DNA of 64,000 nucleotides from Candidatus Bathyarchaeota archaeon (lineage in GTDB: Archaea; Thermoproteota; Bathyarchaeia; Bathyarchaeales; Bathycorpusculaceae), in NCBI GenBank assembly GCA_963720565.1, contig CAVRFW010000012.1, positions 32,001 to 96,000 of the forward strand. The letters are read 5' to 3'. Positions 59,865 through 64,000 of the stretch are shown one piece after another. Numbering within the stretch: the stretch's first letter is position 1; each line of letters begins with the position of its first letter. Under the pieces are notes generated by a model. That model did no database searches. It saw nothing but the letters and a program-made list of their open reading frames with translations, and had not been told where the DNA came from. A program made the translations under genes and the position numbers.

Positions 59865-61105
59865 ATGACGCTTCAAAGCAGAATGGGGAAAGAGTTTTCG
59901 TTCATAAAAGGCAACTATGCCATACTGGTTGTAAGCTGGATCCTGATTGATTTCGCCTCAGAAATCCCAGCGACCTACTATGCCCTGTACGTTCTCAAAC
60001 TGGGAGCCACTGAGACAATACTTGGAATGATCGGGCTAGGCAGGTTTCCTTGCCTTGGCTTCGATGCAATTTCCAGGGGGATATTTGGCAGACAAGTTCG
60101 GAAGGAAATGGCTTGTTTCTTCCATGACTTTTGGAGTAGCATTATCCTACACGCTCTACGCTATTGCACCGTCATGGGTTTTCATCCTGATCGGGGCGGT
60201 TCTGACTAACTTTTTTAACTCGATTTACCAGCCCGCTCTGATGGCGATGATTTCAGATTCTTTGCCTTCTGAGAGACGTGGAATGGGTTTTGGCATAATC
60301 ATGTTAATAACAAGCACTTCTACCACTCCAGGCCCTTGTCGCAGCCCTCCTCTACAACCAGTTCGGAATGGAGTTGGGCATGAGAATAGCGTACGGCATT
60401 GTCGTTACCCTTTTCTTATTGCTTCAGTTCTTCGATTCCGGCTCAAGGAAACCTTCATAGACACGCCTAAGCCCTCTTGGAAAGAGTTTTTCCGCTCCTA
60501 TCCCACCTCGTTGAGGGAAAGTGTGAGGGTTTGGAAGAGAGTTCCAAGTTCAATGTTCTACTTGTTTCTGACCCGGAGCGATCATGATGTTTGGAGTTGC
60601 GGCCGTGCAGATTTATCTAGTGGTTTACGCGGTGAATGTTCTTCTGTAGATGCGACGGTATGGGCATACGTCTTGCTAGCTTTGCCTATTACAATGATAG
60701 TCTTTTCAATTCCTATTGGAAAGTTTGTAGACAAAATAAACAGGAAAATGCCCATATTGGCGTCATACGGCTTCTTCTTCTTCTCGTTGCTGTTTTTCGT
60801 AAGCGGCTGGTCTGTCTCTCTGCTTTTCCTGGCCCTAGTGTTTCTTAGGAGTTGGACTCGTCATGATGAACTCTGGATCTAGCGCCCTGCAAGCTGACCT
60901 GACACCCAAAGAAAGTCGCGGAAAAGTCCAAGGTTTCTCAAGCTTCGTTAACAACATTATGATGGCGCTGGGTGCTGTCACAGGCGGATTTCTTTATGAA
61001 CATTTTTCCCCTGCAATACCCTTCTATGTTTCAATGGGACTTGTCATTCCAGCCTTTCTCCTTACGCTGGCATTGGTCCATGAGCCCAAAGACAGACAAG
61101 AGTAG
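59865..61105 (+). CDS. MFS transporter (several frameshifts)
   Basis: GGYLADKFGRK motif A, P.ERRG, GKFVDKINRK, RGKVQG across three frames. Confidence 0.85.
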
Positions 61106-61219
61106 ACACACGGAAAAGGATTTTGAAAACACGGGAATCGAAATGTTGGCTATCCCAAGTTTTATTTATATTTATTGCGTCATTATGAATGAAGGAGAAA
61201 ATGGTGTAGCGATCTCAGA

Positions 61220-62827
61220 ATGGATGCAGTCGCTGTTATTTTTGGCACTGTTGGTGGCTTTGCCATCTTCCTCTATTCATTACGCACGTTGAGCGCCAGC
61301 GTAGAGAAATCCGCTGGCGAGAAAATTAAGCAGTCGCTTGCCAAACTAACAGGCAATCCCTTGAAAGGCTGTTTTGTAGGCGCTTTTACTGCGACGATGC
61401 TGCAAAGCAGTAGCCTAACGATGATTGTTCTTATTGGCCTGATAAATGCGGGCATTTTGACTCTGAAGCAGGGAATAGGAGTCATGCTCGGAAGCGAAAT
61501 TGGCACTACCGTGACTGCGCAGTTAATAGCGTTTAAAATTGGAGTTTTCTTTCTTCCTTTAATTGCAGTCGGATTCTTCTTGTCATCACTTGGCAAAAAG
61601 TGGAAAATACAAAAACATAGGTCAGATGATAATGAGTTTTGGCCTAATCTACTTAGGAATGGACCTAATGACTAGTAGTATTCAACCTCTTCAAAACGAG
61701 CCTGGCCTAAGCGATTTCCTATTTAATTTCGGACAATTTCCACTATACGGACTAATTGCAGGGATAGCTGTCACTGCTATGTTCCAGAGTAGTGCAGCTT
61801 TAGTGGCTTTGGTAATATCCTTGGGCATTAACAACTTAATCACCTTACCCGCGGCTATAGCTATGGTTCTTGGGGCTAACATAGGCACTTGTGTTGGCGA
61901 GTTGTTTGCAGTTATCGGGTCATCACTCGCGTCAAAAAGATTGGCTCTAGCTCAACTCATGATCAATTTGTTCGGAATTTTGTTATTCTTTCCTTTTATA
62001 GGCAACTTTTCGGGATTTCTTGAAACGTTGTCGTCTGATTTACCTAGGCAGATCGCAAATGCCCACACAATTTTCAACGTATCAGTCTCCGTAATTATGC
62101 TGCCATTAACAGGGGCTTTGGTTTCTCTCCTAGGGAGGCTCCTACCAGGAGAAGAATCTCAAATTAAAAGAGGTACCATATTCATAGATGAAAAGCTCTT
62201 AGCTGCTCCGTCCATTGCTCTGTCTCAAGCTGAAAAAGAAATTCTTAGAATGGGAAAACTAACATGCGAGATGCTGGATAAAGCAACATCAGCTGTACAA
62301 GACAACAAGAAAGAGGCAATTGCAAAAGTGAAAGAGTTGGAAGGGATTGTGGACGAAATCTATCATGCTGTTGACAAATTCTTAGAGGATAGTCGATTTG
62401 CAAACCTGAACGAGAACGAGTTGAAGAAACTAGCTTATCTAAAGCATAGTCTAAATGATATTGAAAGAGTTGGGGATCACGCTAATAATTTAGCAGAATT
62501 GGCAGAGAAGAAAATGAAAAAAACCTTGAAGTTTTCAGCAGATGCCAAAAGCGAGTTGGCCACAATGTTTATGAAAGCAAAGACGATTTTCGAAAAAGCT
62601 ATGGTTGCCCTTGAAGGTCAGGATGAGGAAGCTGTCAAGATGGTTCGGGAACTGGAAGAGGAGATAGATCGTTTACAGAGAGTTTTTGAGGCAAACCATA
62701 TTCGAAGACTAGAGAACAAGGTATGTGATCCACTAGGGGAATAATATTTGTCGATATCCTCAGAAACTTGGAACGCGTGGGTGATCATTCAACTAATATT
62801 GCAAACTCAATTCTACTAGGGTTCTAA
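61220..62827 (+). CDS. Na+/Pi cotransporter family protein with PhoU domains (frameshifts near 61600 and 62738)
   Basis: QSSS, GSEIGTT, QSS, GANIGT, RQIANAHT.FN, DIERVGDHA. Confidence 0.9.
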
Positions 62828-62868
62828 TGCGGCATAATCCTGAATGAATGAAAAAAGCGTGCGCTCGG

Positions 62869-64000
62869 TTATTTGGATGTTGTGATTTGTACGTCTTTCA
62901 TTAGGATGTATGGTGAAAGTGAGGGCGGATCAGCTTCGACCCACCAGTGAACGTGCTGGCGTTCCCTACTCACTTCTATTACGTTGTTTAGCATTTTTAG
63001 TGCGTTGTCGCTTATTCGTATGTTTTTCAGAGACTGTCTTGATTTCTCCGTTTTCTATCTGGAAGATACCGTCGCGGGGTATCGTTGAGAAATCGCCTGT
63101 GGCATGGTTTTGGAATCTTGTGTACCACGTGTTTGTCAGGTAGAGGCCGTGTTTTACCTCTTTGATGAGTTCTTCTTTGTTCATTTCGCCAGGGTCCATT
63201 TCGAGGTTCCATGGCGTGGGGGAGACGATGCCAGCGTTGCCTGTGGTTGCGGTCTTGAAGATTTTCGCTGTGGACGTGTTGTGGAGGTAGGTTTTCAGTA
63301 CACCTTTTTCGATAATCACGTTTTCGCGGGTAGGTGCTCCCTCGTCGTCGAAGACTCTGTGTGACATTGAGTAGGCACCCGGCACATCTATCAAAGTAAC
63401 GTTTTCAGACGCAACTTTTTGTCTGAGCTTGTCGACGAAGATTGATAGTTGAACCATCACGTAGTAGGCGGAGGCCATGACTCCCCACATGCCCAGCAAT
63501 GAACCGAAGAACAATGGGTCGAAAACCACGTCGAATTTTCCTTCCACTCCAGGTTTTGGGTTTTTTGCTTGTCTGGCTATTTCTCCTGCTTTCTTGCCTG
63601 CTCTTGCAGCCTCAAAGCCTTTTAGTGTTGAGCCGCATTCGACTGCGTGGCCTGAGGCTTCTTTTTCGGAGAAGGCTCTGATTGAAAGTTCGACCGAGGA
63701 CCTGTGGTCAGTTCCGGCTGGGCCTTCAGATGATACTTGGTAAACGTCTGAAGTGTTTGTGTAGAAGATGCCTCCGCTATTTGTTTTTGGACCGGCTTCT
63801 TTTTTGGCTGCATCGATTGCTTCGAAGACGAGTTCCGCCGGGTTATCCAGGTTGTCTATTGTTTTGTCGGCTTTGTTTTTCGGGTAGTTGAATTTTCCTC
63901 TAGCGAAACCGCCGTGAGCTGGGTTTTCTTTGGAAACTTTGGCCAATTCGAAGAGGCGTTTCAGGGTCGGGTCTACTTTTTGGAAGTTGGCTATTTGGGT
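62869..64000 (-). CDS. TldD/PmbA family protein (5' end outside window; frameshift near 63020)
   Basis: FDDEG.PT, G.L..YLHN, TTGNAG, WYTRF...GDFST..RDG; second frame ends ERQHVHWW...ITTSK*. Confidence 0.9.

Noticed and set aside
62905..62965. tRNA-like 'TGGTG...TTCGACCCACCA' segment
   Set aside because: No cloverleaf; it is the frameshifted C-terminus of the TldD/PmbA gene.
51089..63100. Pseudogenes or programmed frameshifting in mdh, gltA, MFS, Na/Pi transporter and others
   Set aside because: There are many unrelated single-base indels without other decay or shared slippery signals; assembly error is more parsimonious.

Overview
Archaeal chromosomal segment, most consistent with Bathyarchaeia or another TACK lineage. 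This is inferred from an archaeal DnaG, a Cren7-like protein, ribosomal protein eL38, Tsr3, a presenilin homologue and a BHB-type tRNA intron. It is mostly housekeeping: pheS/pheT, trpS, dnaG, nnr, lonB, dbh, a four-subunit 2-oxoacid:ferredoxin oxidoreductase, mdh, citrate synthase, transporters, glycosyltransferases and four tRNAs (Ser-GCT, Val-GAC, Ser-TGA, and Leu-CAG with a non-canonical 29/30 intron). From about 38.7 kb onward many genes carry single-base frameshifts that look like assembly indels rather than true pseudogenes. Four signals are not explained by ordinary annotation: (1) a conserved ~30-bp non-palindromic intergenic motif with five copies between 15.3 and 27.2 kb, around a Lon protease and an Hjc-like nuclease gene; (2) a ~485-bp transposase-less element with ~45-bp imperfect terminal inverted repeats carrying one wHTH-Cys4 gene; (3) a hyaluronan/chitin-synthase-like exopolysaccharide operon with a dehydrogenase-deacetylase fusion; (4) a surface-anchored superoxide-reductase-like protein. 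No CRISPR array, rRNA, integrase or transposase was seen. All calls come from reading motifs by eye, not from database searches.
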